Shown here one piece after another: positions 29,516 to 37,821 of a DNA stretch of 64,000 nucleotides. Below the pieces are notes generated by a model. It made no database searches. It worked only from the letters and a program-made list of their open reading frames with translations, and had not been told where the DNA came from. Numbering within the stretch: position 1 is the first letter of the stretch; each line of letters starts with the position of its first letter. Source of the DNA: Acidobacteriota bacterium (GTDB lineage: Bacteria > Acidobacteriota > UBA6911 > RPQK01 > JAJDTT01); contig CBDCJH010000002.1 in assembly GCA_965217775.1 (NCBI GenBank), forward strand, positions 5,728,001-5,792,000, read 5' to 3'. A program made the position numbers and the translations under genes.

Positions 29516-31120
29516 CCTTCTCAGAAAGAGGGTAGTGGCTACGGCGACCGCCATCACCACGGAGCTGACCGCAAACACGTCTCCCACCGCTCCGGACAAA
29601 GCGGAATTCAGGTCGGCGAGAAGAGTGTCCGCCATCCGTACGGCGTCGACGCCGGCATCGGAGAATTCGGATCTAAGCTCGCCGATGGAGGACGGATCGA
29701 TCAGCGCCCTTGGGTTGTCTGTTATGGCGTCGAGCCGCCCGGGAGTGAGGGCAGCCTTTGCCGTGTCCGAGACCGTTTCTTCCACCCGCAACGAGAACCT
29801 GTGCCTCATCACCGCACCGAGCAGGGCGAGGCCCGTCGTCCCGCCGATCAACCTGAAGAAGTGAAGTGCCGAGGTGGCGGTTCCCATGAACCGGTCCGGC
29901 ACCGAATTCTGAACGGCCACCGCAAAGGTGGACAGTGTCCCTCCCACCCCGAGCCCCATGAGCACGATGTATCCCACTGTCCAGGCGAAGCTCGTACTCT
30001 CGTTCATGGTGGAGATGAAAACCATGCCCGCGGCCATGCAGCCGGTGCTGGCCAGACCCTGCCGGCGGTATTGTCCGCCGGATCGGGAGAGCCGTCCGCC
30101 GGCCACAATGGAGCCGATGACGATTCCCAGCATCATGGGGGTCAAGAAGCCGCCGCTTCCGGTCGCGGAACCGCCCAGGACGGCCTGGAAGAACAGCGGC
30201 AGGAAGATGACGCTTCCGAACAGCCCAAACCCGGTCAAAAACGCGACGATCGCCGAGATGGAAACCATCCGGTTTCGATATATTTCCAGGGGCATGATGG
30301 GGGAATCGGACCTGGATTCCACGACCAGGAATACCGCAGCCATTACCAACCCGAATCCCAGGAGGCCCATGACCTGCGGTGAAGTCCAATCGTACTGAAC
30401 GCCTGCCCACGACAGGGCCAGCATCGCGGTCACTACGGAAAGCACCAGAGCCATCATGCCTGGGTAGTCCAGCTTTCGATCTCCGGCCTCGGGCCTGATG
30501 TTGGGGAAGGTCCGAATGATCAACAGGAGCACAGGAATCCCGACTGGAAGGTTGATCAGAAAGATCCAGTTCCAGGAGAGTTGGTCCGTGATGAATCCCC
30601 CCAGACTCGGCCCGATGACCGAGGCCATTCCAAACACGAGGGCGATCAGTCCTTGAAACCTGCCTCGTTGCCGGGGTGGAAACAGGTCCGGAATGGAACG
30701 GAGGCTCATGGTTATGAGGATTCCTCCGCCGATACCCTGCAGGGCTCGGGAAGCGATAAGCTGATTCATCGACTCGCTGAAGCTGGCCGGTACGGAGGCC
30801 ACGATGAAGACGACGATTCCCAGAACGAGGAATCCCTTGTGCCCGTAAATGTCGGTGAGTCTCCCGGTGATGGGGATGGCCACGGTGGACGCGACGAGAT
30901 ATGCGGCCGCCACCCACGTATAACGGTCGAATCCGGCCAGATCGGCGACGATGCGCGGCATGGCGGCGGCCACGACCATCTGGCCAAGTACGGCCAGAAA
31001 GGCCGCAGACATCACGCAGATCATCGTCAGTACGATCTGTCTTCTTGGAGGTTGCACGAAATCGCTTTCCGGCGATTGACGGGTGGTGCTCTGCTCTTCT
31101 GAACCGATGCCGTCGTTCAT
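29504..31120 (-). CDS. MFS drug:H+ antiporter (DHA2, EmrB/QacA-like)
   Basis: 14-TM pattern; GRLTDIYG, RALQGIGGG, GPSLGG, WIFLINLP. Confidence 0.9.
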   Translation of the reverse strand: MNDGIGSEEQSTTRQSPESDFVQPPRRQIVLTMICVMSAAFLAVLGQMVVAAAMPRIVADLAGFDRYTWVAAAYLVASTVAIPITGRLTDIYGHKGFLVLGIVVFIVASVPASFSESMNQLIASRALQGIGGGILITMSLRSIPDLFPPRQRGRFQGLIALVFGMASVIGPSLGGFITDQLSWNWIFLINLPVGIPVLLLIIRTFPNIRPEAGDRKLDYPGMMALVLSVVTAMLALSWAGVQYDWTSPQVMGLLGFGLVMAAVFLVVESRSDSPIMPLEIYRNRMVSISAIVAFLTGFGLFGSVIFLPLFFQAVLGGSATGSGGFLTPMMLGIVIGSIVAGGRLSRSGGQYRRQGLASTGCMAAGMVFISTMNESTSFAWTVGYIVLMGLGVGGTLSTFAVAVQNSVPDRFMGTATSALHFFRLIGGTTGLALLGAVMRHRFSLRVEETVSDTAKAALTPGRLDAITDNPRALIDPSSIGELRSEFSDAGVDAVRMADTLLADLNSALSGAVGDVFAVSSVVMAVAVATTLFLRRSPV

Positions 31121-31274
31121 TTTGGCCGATCGCTTTCCGTCCCGCGGAACTCCGTTGCGGGCTATCACCATATCTTTGAAGATCCGGTTCTCACACGGGT
31201 ACAGGGGAGAGAATGTGTCTGCAAGACTCAGGATCGGACTGCGCGGCAGTTGGCGACAGGGTCCGACGATGGCG

Positions 31275-32102
31275 CTATATCTTCTCGGCGACGATACCGA
31301 TCACGGGTGGGGCAAACAGGAAGGTGCCCGGATCCCGCTCCCGATCCCGCCACTCGGCTTCAAACGCAAGACGTTCCGACTCCGTCAAGAAGCCGGTTGC
31401 GACCAACTGTGGGACGTAGTTGGAGAAAAACTGCGTCGGCCATTTCCAGAAACTTGTGCCGGGCCTGATGAACCGCACGAGCGGGACCAAGTCGACCAAA
31501 CGGCAACCCGAAGCCGCGACCAGTCCCGGCAGCCGGTCGCCGATGTTGAGATCACCGCCGCTGCTCGCAAAGCTCTCGTAGACCGCCGCGCGGACGCGTT
31601 CGAATGCCGGGCTCCGTGGCAGCAGCGTCATCGCGTCGTAGTTCAGGAAGTCCCAGGCCAACAGGCGGCCACCGGGCCGCAAACCGTTTACGATCCGGTC
31701 GATGACGGTAGCCGGATCGGACAGAAAGCAGAAGAGCCAGCGCGCGAAGGCGCCGTCCAGTGAGGCCGGTTCCAGCCGCAGCATCTCGGCCCGCTCCACC
31801 CGCGCGGTGATTTGCTCGAATCCGAGCCGTTTCGCTTCGCGGGTCACCCTGCCGATGAAACGAACCGACTCGTCGACGGCGAGCACCCGGCCTCCTTCGC
31901 CGACCCGCTCCGCGAGCTCGAGGGTGGCGAATCCCGGTCCGCAGCCGAGATCGAGCAGCCGCGCACCCGGTCCGAATCCGGCACGGTCCCAGAGATCGCG
32001 CGCCGCCCCTGCCCACAATCGGTGTTGAGTCTCCAGGCGCCTTTCCTCCGCCGCATCGGTGCCAAGCAGATACGGTTCGTCCGACTCGAGGTGCTTGTCC
32101 AT
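31275..32102 (-). CDS. Class I SAM-dependent methyltransferase
   Basis: YLLG..E..RL..QH N-terminus, LLDLGCGPG, LRPGG; the longer ORF in the track extends into the MITE and IS. Confidence 0.88.
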   Translation of the reverse strand: MDKHLESDEPYLLGTDAAEERRLETQHRLWAGAARDLWDRAGFGPGARLLDLGCGPGFATLELAERVGEGGRVLAVDESVRFIGRVTREAKRLGFEQITARVERAEMLRLEPASLDGAFARWLFCFLSDPATVIDRIVNGLRPGGRLLAWDFLNYDAMTLLPRSPAFERVRAAVYESFASSGGDLNIGDRLPGLVAASGCRLVDLVPLVRFIRPGTSFWKWPTQFFSNYVPQLVATGFLTESERLAFEAEWRDRERDPGTFLFAPPVIGIVAEKI

Positions 32103-32272
32103 CGTTTCCTTCGCGGCGCTTTCATTGTTCTCGGACAGGCTCCTAGCAGTCCGTGGTGAAAGTCCCGCGAGCACCGAGACCGTTCCTGCGCCCGCCGGAC
32201 AAGGCGCGATGAGGGAGTATCCATGTTGCAAATCTTCCGATTTTCCAGGGATTGTTTCCTCCCTGGTTAGAC

Positions 32273-33226
32273 TCATCCGACCGCCCTGACTGGCCGCGGT
32301 GTCCACACCCGATCCTGGCTCAGCAGGACGTTGGCCAAAATCACCATCTTGCGCATGATCGCCGTGAGCGCCACCTTCGGCGCCTTGCCCCGCTCACGCA
32401 GCTGGCGATACTTCTGGATGTAGTCCGGATTGTGTCGAATGGCGGTGAGGGCGGCCATATACAGCATCCGCCGCACCCGATGCCGGCCCCCGCGGATGAA
32501 GCGACGTCCCTTCCAGGTCCCCGACTCCCGAGCCACCGGCGCCAGACCGGCCAAGCTGGCCACCGCCTTGGAGTCGATCTGTCCCAGTTCCGGCATCAGA
32601 GAGAGCAGGCCCGCGACCGTGACCGGACCCATTCCCGGAATCGAAGTCAGCACTTCGGCTTTGCGCGCCAGCGCCGGATCGGCTTTCAGCAACTTGCGGA
32701 ACTCGCCGTCCAGGGCCCGGATCTGGCGCTCAATCTGAGCCAGCCGCTGTCGCAAATGCCGCTTCACCATCGGGTGGCGCGCGTGGTGGCTCCGGTTGCG
32801 AGCCGCCGTCCGATCCTTCACCAGCCCGTCCCGCGCCGAGATCAGTTCCTCCAACTGGCGCTGCGTGGGCGAGGACACGTCCACACGCCGCAACGGGAGC
32901 GCCTCCCCCATCCGGGCCAGGATCCGGGCATCCACCGCGTCGGTCTTGGCCTCCTGGCCCAGCGCCTGCGCGAACCGCCGCGCCCGCATCGCGTTGACCC
33001 GAGCCAGCGGCAACCGAGCGGCCAGAGCTTCCTCCATCGCCCGGTGCCAGGGGCCCGTGGACTCATACACCACGCACCGGACCTCCGGTCCGATCCAGCG
33101 GGCCAGGGCCTGGAACCCTGCCGTGTCGTTGGGGAACCGCTTCGACCGTCCCGAAGGCCACTCGTGCACGTCCAAATGCGCCTTCGAGATGTCCACACCC
33201 ACCGTCTTTGAGGTATCTTGAGTCAT
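32273..33226 (-). CDS. IS110 family transposase / bridge recombinase
   Basis: DEDD motifs VGVDISK, YESTG, KTDAVDA; SIPGMG, ARESG (catalytic Ser), MRK; AGGAGG upstream. Confidence 0.96.
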   Translation of the reverse strand: MTQDTSKTVGVDISKAHLDVHEWPSGRSKRFPNDTAGFQALARWIGPEVRCVVYESTGPWHRAMEEALAARLPLARVNAMRARRFAQALGQEAKTDAVDARILARMGEALPLRRVDVSSPTQRQLEELISARDGLVKDRTAARNRSHHARHPMVKRHLRQRLAQIERQIRALDGEFRKLLKADPALARKAEVLTSIPGMGPVTVAGLLSLMPELGQIDSKAVASLAGLAPVARESGTWKGRRFIRGGRHRVRRMLYMAALTAIRHNPDYIQKYRQLRERGKAPKVALTAIMRKMVILANVLLSQDRVWTPRPVRAVG

Positions 33227-33234
33227 CTTTCCTT

Positions 33235-33410
33235 CCTCCTGTGCTTGTCGTGCGAGCCTTGACGCTCACGTATCCATTCAGGACGTTGGGAAAGACGGTG
33301 GCGGCCCCACTCCCTCCCGGCCCTTGACGGCCGGCATACATAACGGCCCGACCACCGCCGCCGAGGCGCCTCTGGCCAGAGGCGCCTCGGATGGATCCTC
33401 CCAAAAGATC
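33235..33410 (-). ncRNA. Bridge RNA of the IS110 element
   Basis: Palindrome 33361-33390, then a target loop (GTATGC / GAGGGAG around a CCGGCC-GTCAAG-GGCCGG hairpin) and a donor loop (ATGGATAC / GACAAG around a GAGC-GTCAAG-GCTC hairpin); guides match the target and end junctions; 5' end uncertain. Confidence 0.85.
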
Positions 33411-33660
33411 CCAACCCGTATCGGAATAACCCACCAGAAATCATGCCGGCGCCACCGAGCCAAGCCTGGACGATGGCTGGGTCACGGCCCTGCGCCTGCT
33501 GTCGCCACTGGCGGCGTTGACGGGGGCAGGGGGGGCCGGCCCCCCCTGAGACCCCCCGGATGCAAAGAGACACATACCCACTTGAAATCCCTGAAACGAG
33601 AGCCCCGAGGCCCCCTCGTCACCCGGAACCCGCCTGTGGAAAATCAAAGATTTCCCACAG

Positions 33661-33805
33661 GGTGCTCCCTTTTTGCTGACACCACAATCTGTACCCCCCC
33701 AAGAAGAAAGACAGACAAGAAATAACAGACAAGGGTGCTCCCTTTTTGCTGACACCACAATCTGTACCCCCCAAGAAGAAAGACAGACAAGAAATAACAG
33801 ACAAG
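33661..33805. repeat. Tandem duplication (73 + 72 bp) of the IS110 left terminus
   Basis: 33661-33733 and 33734-33805 are identical except for C7 vs C6; each unit ends in ACAGACA-AG. Confidence 0.92.
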
Positions 33806-33892
33806 CATACCGGGAGTATGCGACCGAGTCGCAACGCAGTCCGCCGGGATGCAGGGACGGTCGAATGCCGTGGCGACTTTTGCCACGGGCTG

Positions 33893-34312
33893 CTAGGTAA
33901 ACGTCGGAATCGCGAGCCCTTCGGATCGTCCGGCGGCGCTGAGCCGACGGTCCAGGGTTGCAAGAGGCAAATGCAAGCGGACCGCCAGTTCGAGATACGT
34001 GGCGTCGTAGACGGAGAGTCGGTGCTCCGTCGCCAGTTCAAGCGCAACATTCCAGACGCGGGACGTGGAAATCGGATCGATTTCGATCGGTAGTGCATCG
34101 AGAATTGCGTGAATTTGGCGCCAATCGCCCCTGGTGATCCGGCCCCGACGAGTCGCGATGAGGAGCACGTTTCCAACTTCGACGGGCCAGAGGGACGGAA
34201 CGAACGCCCTCCCCTCGATCAGCGATTCCCTTAGCTGATTCGTCGATTCCGTGGCCTCGTCGGGAAAGACCCACGCCATGGTCACCGAGCAATCGAGTAC
34301 GAACGCCATCAA
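33893..34312 (-). CDS. vapC: VapC/PIN-domain toxin
   Basis: FVLDCS, WPVEVGN, LSVYDATYLELA, LATLD. Confidence 0.92.
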   Translation of the reverse strand: MMAFVLDCSVTMAWVFPDEATESTNQLRESLIEGRAFVPSLWPVEVGNVLLIATRRGRITRGDWRQIHAILDALPIEIDPISTSRVWNVALELATEHRLSVYDATYLELAVRLHLPLATLDRRLSAAGRSEGLAIPTFT

Positions 34313-34551
34313 TACTTGCGTCCCTCCTCGATCATCTGACGGACAGAGAGGCCAGCCAAGCTATGGGTCTCCTGAAACGCCTTCATACTATCGATCGCAT
34401 CCCGGATTTTTCCGGCGTCACGTGGTCTGAACGGAATCAACTCCGCCACCGGTCGATTGTGCTTCGTGATGACGAATCGTTCCCCCTCCTGCACGCGTTT
34501 CAGCAACCGCGACAGGTTCGTTTTGGCTTCGAATGCGCCCACTTCAGACAT
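34309..34551 (-). CDS. Phd/YefM family antitoxin
   Basis: VGAFEAKTNLSRLL..V..GE..VITKH..PVAELIP; overlaps the toxin start. Confidence 0.92.
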   Translation of the reverse strand: MSEVGAFEAKTNLSRLLKRVQEGERFVITKHNRPVAELIPFRPRDAGKIRDAIDSMKAFQETHSLAGLSVRQMIEEGRKY

Positions 34552-34584
34552 TCGACGATCCTCCATTATTCGCCCGGCAAGGAA

Positions 34585-34609
34585 ATAAACTATACTCAGA
34601 CTAGTTTAT
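34585..34609. promoter_or_regulatory. Putative toxin-antitoxin autoregulatory operator
   Basis: Perfect inverted repeat ATAAACTA-N9-TAGTTTAT overlapping a -10-like TATAGT on the - strand just upstream of the antitoxin. Confidence 0.6.
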
Positions 34610-34647
34610 ATGCGTGCTGTTTTCAATCCGCCGTCCGGAAAGGTCGG

Positions 34648-35631
34648 CTATTTCCTCTGCGGACCCGTCACGTCCCACCACATTCCTCCGTTCGTCGTTT
34701 TGAGCACGCCCCCCTCACCCCCGTAGTAGAGGGTCGGTGGAGTGGTCTTCGTATCGAAGACCAGCGTCCAGGTCCGGTTGGACCATTGCAGTCCGGCCGG
34801 CCGGAAGCGGGAACCCCCGTCGGTGCTTCGGAAGACGCCCTTCGTCGTTCCCGCGTAGACGTGACTCGGGGCGGCAGGGTCTACCGTCAGTGCCAGGATG
34901 TGCCGAGTCAGAGGCTCTTGCCCCGATATCCAGATCTGGCCCCCGTCCGTGGATTTGGAGACACCGCCAGAGTCGGTCGCTGCGTAGAGGACGCTGGGAT
35001 TCGACGGATCGATGGCGATGGCTCGAACGTCGATGTCGTACAAGCCGTTCCGATTCGCCGACCAGATCTCTCCGCCATCCGTCGATTTGTAGACTCCGTG
35101 CCAGGTGCCGGCATAGAGGATCCCCCTGTTGCCAGGATCACCGACGAGACAGCGTAGCGTCTTGTCGATCAGTCCCCGGTTCGCCTCTCGCCAGCTCTTC
35201 CCGCCGTCGACGGTCTTGAAGACGCCACCACCATCCGTCCCCGCATACACGATTTGCCCGTTCTGCGGATCGATGACCAGGCCGCGGATTCTCCCGTTGG
35301 TGATTCCGGAACTGGTGCGGGTCCATGACCGGGCCCCGTCTGTGGACTTGTACACGCCCATCTCGTAGGTGCCCACGTAGAGCACTTGCGGCTGCGACCT
35401 GTCCAGGATGATGGCGCGCGGAGAGAGCGCCTCGAGGCCGCTTGAGGGCCAGTTGTCCTTGCCGCCCGAGGTGGTTTTGCAGAGACCCTTGGCGGCGCCC
35501 GCGTACAGGGTTCCGGGATCCGTCGGGTGCAGCGCGATCGCCTGCGTCTCGCCGCCTCCTGGCGAACCCATCTGCGCCAGGCCCGGAACCTGGGACGACA
35601 CCGCTGCAAACATGAGCAGAAGAACTCTCAT
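34648..35631 (-). CDS. Exported BNR/Asp-box repeat beta-propeller protein
   Basis: Signal peptide; repeated GV(Y/F)KSTDGG.W and DP..P..LYAG blades; ATGA overlap with the upstream gene. Confidence 0.85.
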   Translation of the reverse strand: MRVLLLMFAAVSSQVPGLAQMGSPGGGETQAIALHPTDPGTLYAGAAKGLCKTTSGGKDNWPSSGLEALSPRAIILDRSQPQVLYVGTYEMGVYKSTDGARSWTRTSSGITNGRIRGLVIDPQNGQIVYAGTDGGGVFKTVDGGKSWREANRGLIDKTLRCLVGDPGNRGILYAGTWHGVYKSTDGGEIWSANRNGLYDIDVRAIAIDPSNPSVLYAATDSGGVSKSTDGGQIWISGQEPLTRHILALTVDPAAPSHVYAGTTKGVFRSTDGGSRFRPAGLQWSNRTWTLVFDTKTTPPTLYYGGEGGVLKTTNGGMWWDVTGPQRK

Positions 35632-37583
35632 TGGAGTCCGTCCGGCCCGTCCCACGGAAAGGCATATCGAGGCGTCGAAACGAATCGATCGAGTCCGATC
35701 TTGAGAGTGATGCCCGTTCCAGGTTCGAGGTCGACTCGGAAATACGTTCCATTGGCCTGAGTCGTTCGGCTTTCGGCCTCGTCGGCATCAGGCGGACTGG
35801 AGCCCGGCACCCATGCCGATGCCGCCGCTTGGTACGCGACGTCCCTGATTCGATGCTCGCCGTAGGCCCCGCCCTGGACGATCAGCCTCCGCTTCTCGAA
35901 CAGGTTCGTGTTGACGAGTTCGACGGTCACCGAATCCGACGCAATCCCGGTGACCAGCGCCGCGACGCCTTGCGGCAGTCCGGCCTGGCGCTTGTCGAGG
36001 TCGAAGTAGCGGACGTACGAATGCAGCATCTCTCCGCGCTTGTGTACCGGCAGTCCTCCAATCGTGAGCCGCACCAGGTTGTCCGTCGGCATGGGCTCGA
36101 GTGAGAGCCAGTGCGCGTCGTACCAGGTTTCGGGATCTCCGTGCTCATTGAGGATCCGCGCGAGCCGGCGCTGGACGAACTCCAGATCCCGGCGGAACGC
36201 GTCAACGGGAAACTGCGAATTTTTCCCTTGTACGAAGTAGGCCCACGCCAAATCGGGGTCGCGAAGTTCTCCTCGCGCCTTTTCGAGCTCGGCGAGGCGT
36301 TCGACCTGACCCCAGTCCTGCCCGGCCTGCGACATGTGCCAGAGCTGGACGTACGGGGAGGACGGCTCCTTGGTGAAGTGGTGCCACTTGCGGCGGCCGT
36401 CGAAACGGATGGGCACCATGGCGACGCCGTCCCGGACCTCCCCGCGTGTCCTCATCACCCGTGTCTGGCTCCGGGGCAGGTCCAGCCAGTGCGTCTCGCC
36501 TGTCATCAGCAGAACCGCCTTGGATGCGGTCAGGGTCGCCAGCACGATGTCCGTGCCGCCCCGCGGCCATTTCCAGCCGTAGTACCCGCCCCACCAGTGG
36601 CCTCCGGTGTACTCCCCGATCTTCCCGCTGAGGCCGACGTTGTCAGGGGTGATCCCGCCGTTCAATTCTGTGAGCTCGATCCATTTGCTCACGTAGTCGA
36701 CGATCCACCGGCGGTACTTCTCGTCCCCCGTATAAAGGAATGCGTTGGCGACCAAAGGCACTGCTGTGAGATTGATGGGAAAGTCTCCCCGTGCCATGCG
36801 GTCGCTCATGGTCTCGACGATCCGCCCGAACTGGTCGTCCTCGGGACCATCGTTGATCCATCCCGTCGGGGAGTTCACGCCCGGGATGTCGTCGAAGGGC
36901 AAGTGGTAATAGGCGAGGTTCGCGTTCGTCGGTATCCAGTCGCGCTTCGTCCATTGCAGCTTCGGACCGCGGCTGCCCGTCATCGAGGCACGCATCAGCC
37001 TCTGCTCAGTGTTGTAGTTGGGCGCTTCGGGATCCTCGCCGGTGTACATGGCCGCAAAGCGGATCGACCGGTTCCGGAAGACTTTGTCATGCGGATCCGC
37101 CATCCCCAAGGGGTAGAAGGACACGTAGCCCTCCCCGTGGTGCATCCAGTCCCAGTTGCTGTCGAATTCGCGGTAGATCTGACCATACCGTGTGAACTGC
37201 CGGGTGATGCCTTCCCAGACCCGGCGGTGGAGGATATCCAGCTCCTTGGAGCCTCCGAGCACGTGGTGCAGAGAGAGGCCGCGGAACCCCTCGTATGCAT
37301 CGTCCGAGGAGTTCATTCCACCCTCGTACCGTTCCTTCCATCGCAAACTGCCGTCGGGGAGTGTGTAGGCCTTGACGAACTCGGCGCCGGCGCGATCCAG
37401 CGTTTCGATGAGGTGACGCTGCAAGACAGCCCAGGTGGGGGCCGGACGTGGAACGTCAGCGCGGATGACGGGAATTCCAGAAAGAGGCTCGCCCCGTCCG
37501 GCGGCGGCGACCGCACCCGATGCAAGCACAGCAAACTGCACCGCCGCGGCAGCCTGTAGCAGGAAGCGTTGCCGACTCGTCAT
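35628..37583 (-). CDS. Conserved exported protein of unknown function (probable alpha/alpha barrel); paralog of 55318-57191
   Basis: Signal peptide; DDAYE, DWMHHGE, EDPEAPNY, WGGYYGW, VQGGAYGEH motifs have counterparts in the paralog. Confidence 0.75.
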   Translation of the reverse strand: MTSRQRFLLQAAAAVQFAVLASGAVAAAGRGEPLSGIPVIRADVPRPAPTWAVLQRHLIETLDRAGAEFVKAYTLPDGSLRWKERYEGGMNSSDDAYEGFRGLSLHHVLGGSKELDILHRRVWEGITRQFTRYGQIYREFDSNWDWMHHGEGYVSFYPLGMADPHDKVFRNRSIRFAAMYTGEDPEAPNYNTEQRLMRASMTGSRGPKLQWTKRDWIPTNANLAYYHLPFDDIPGVNSPTGWINDGPEDDQFGRIVETMSDRMARGDFPINLTAVPLVANAFLYTGDEKYRRWIVDYVSKWIELTELNGGITPDNVGLSGKIGEYTGGHWWGGYYGWKWPRGGTDIVLATLTASKAVLLMTGETHWLDLPRSQTRVMRTRGEVRDGVAMVPIRFDGRRKWHHFTKEPSSPYVQLWHMSQAGQDWGQVERLAELEKARGELRDPDLAWAYFVQGKNSQFPVDAFRRDLEFVQRRLARILNEHGDPETWYDAHWLSLEPMPTDNLVRLTIGGLPVHKRGEMLHSYVRYFDLDKRQAGLPQGVAALVTGIASDSVTVELVNTNLFEKRRLIVQGGAYGEHRIRDVAYQAAASAWVPGSSPPDADEAESRTTQANGTYFRVDLEPGTGITLKIGLDRFVSTPRYAFPWDGPDGLQ

Positions 37584-37821
37584 AGAAGGAATCGACAATC
37601 AAACTACCACTATTGCCATTCCTTTTCCGGGTGCAGGCCAGTGGCACGCCCAGCATCGCTCCGCTTCGCGACCATCCGGATGCCGTGTGTGGCACCGTCC
37701 ATTCCATACCCGGCAATCCAGAATAGATTGACTTTGATTTCGGTAGGGCGAGGGCGCCGTGCTCTCGCTTCGTAGCCAATTCTTGCGGACTGGGCAGCGC
37801 CCTTGGCCAGTCCGGTTTGTC

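Larger units (their letters stand above)
32216..33805 (-). mobile_element. IS110-family element (long left end, short right end)
   Basis: Boundaries from comparison with the empty MITE (GAGGG-AG-CATACC); AG (CT on the element strand) at both junctions, 32216-32217 and 33804-33805; no further target duplication. Confidence 0.92.
32147..33892. mobile_element. 158-bp MITE (split copy: 32147-32217 + 33806-33892) interrupted by IS110
   Basis: TIRs CAGTCCGTGGTGAAAGTC / GACTTTTGCCACGGGCTG; CTAG on both sides (32143-32146, 33893-33896); halves sum to 158 bp and match the intact copy at 40256-40413. Confidence 0.9.

Noticed and set aside
32131-32146. TCGGACAGGCTCCTAG as the end of a second MITE sharing the CTAG
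   Set aside because: No partner end or second copy found in this window, so it cannot be supported
32103-32306. N-terminal extension of the methyltransferase (and of the 40038-40355 ORF) sharing SLIAPCPAGAGTVSVLA
   Set aside because: The shared peptide is simply the translated MITE, not a protein domain
33661-33805. 72/73-bp units as a CRISPR-like repeat-spacer array
   Set aside because: Only two essentially identical units with no variable part; explained as an IS end duplication
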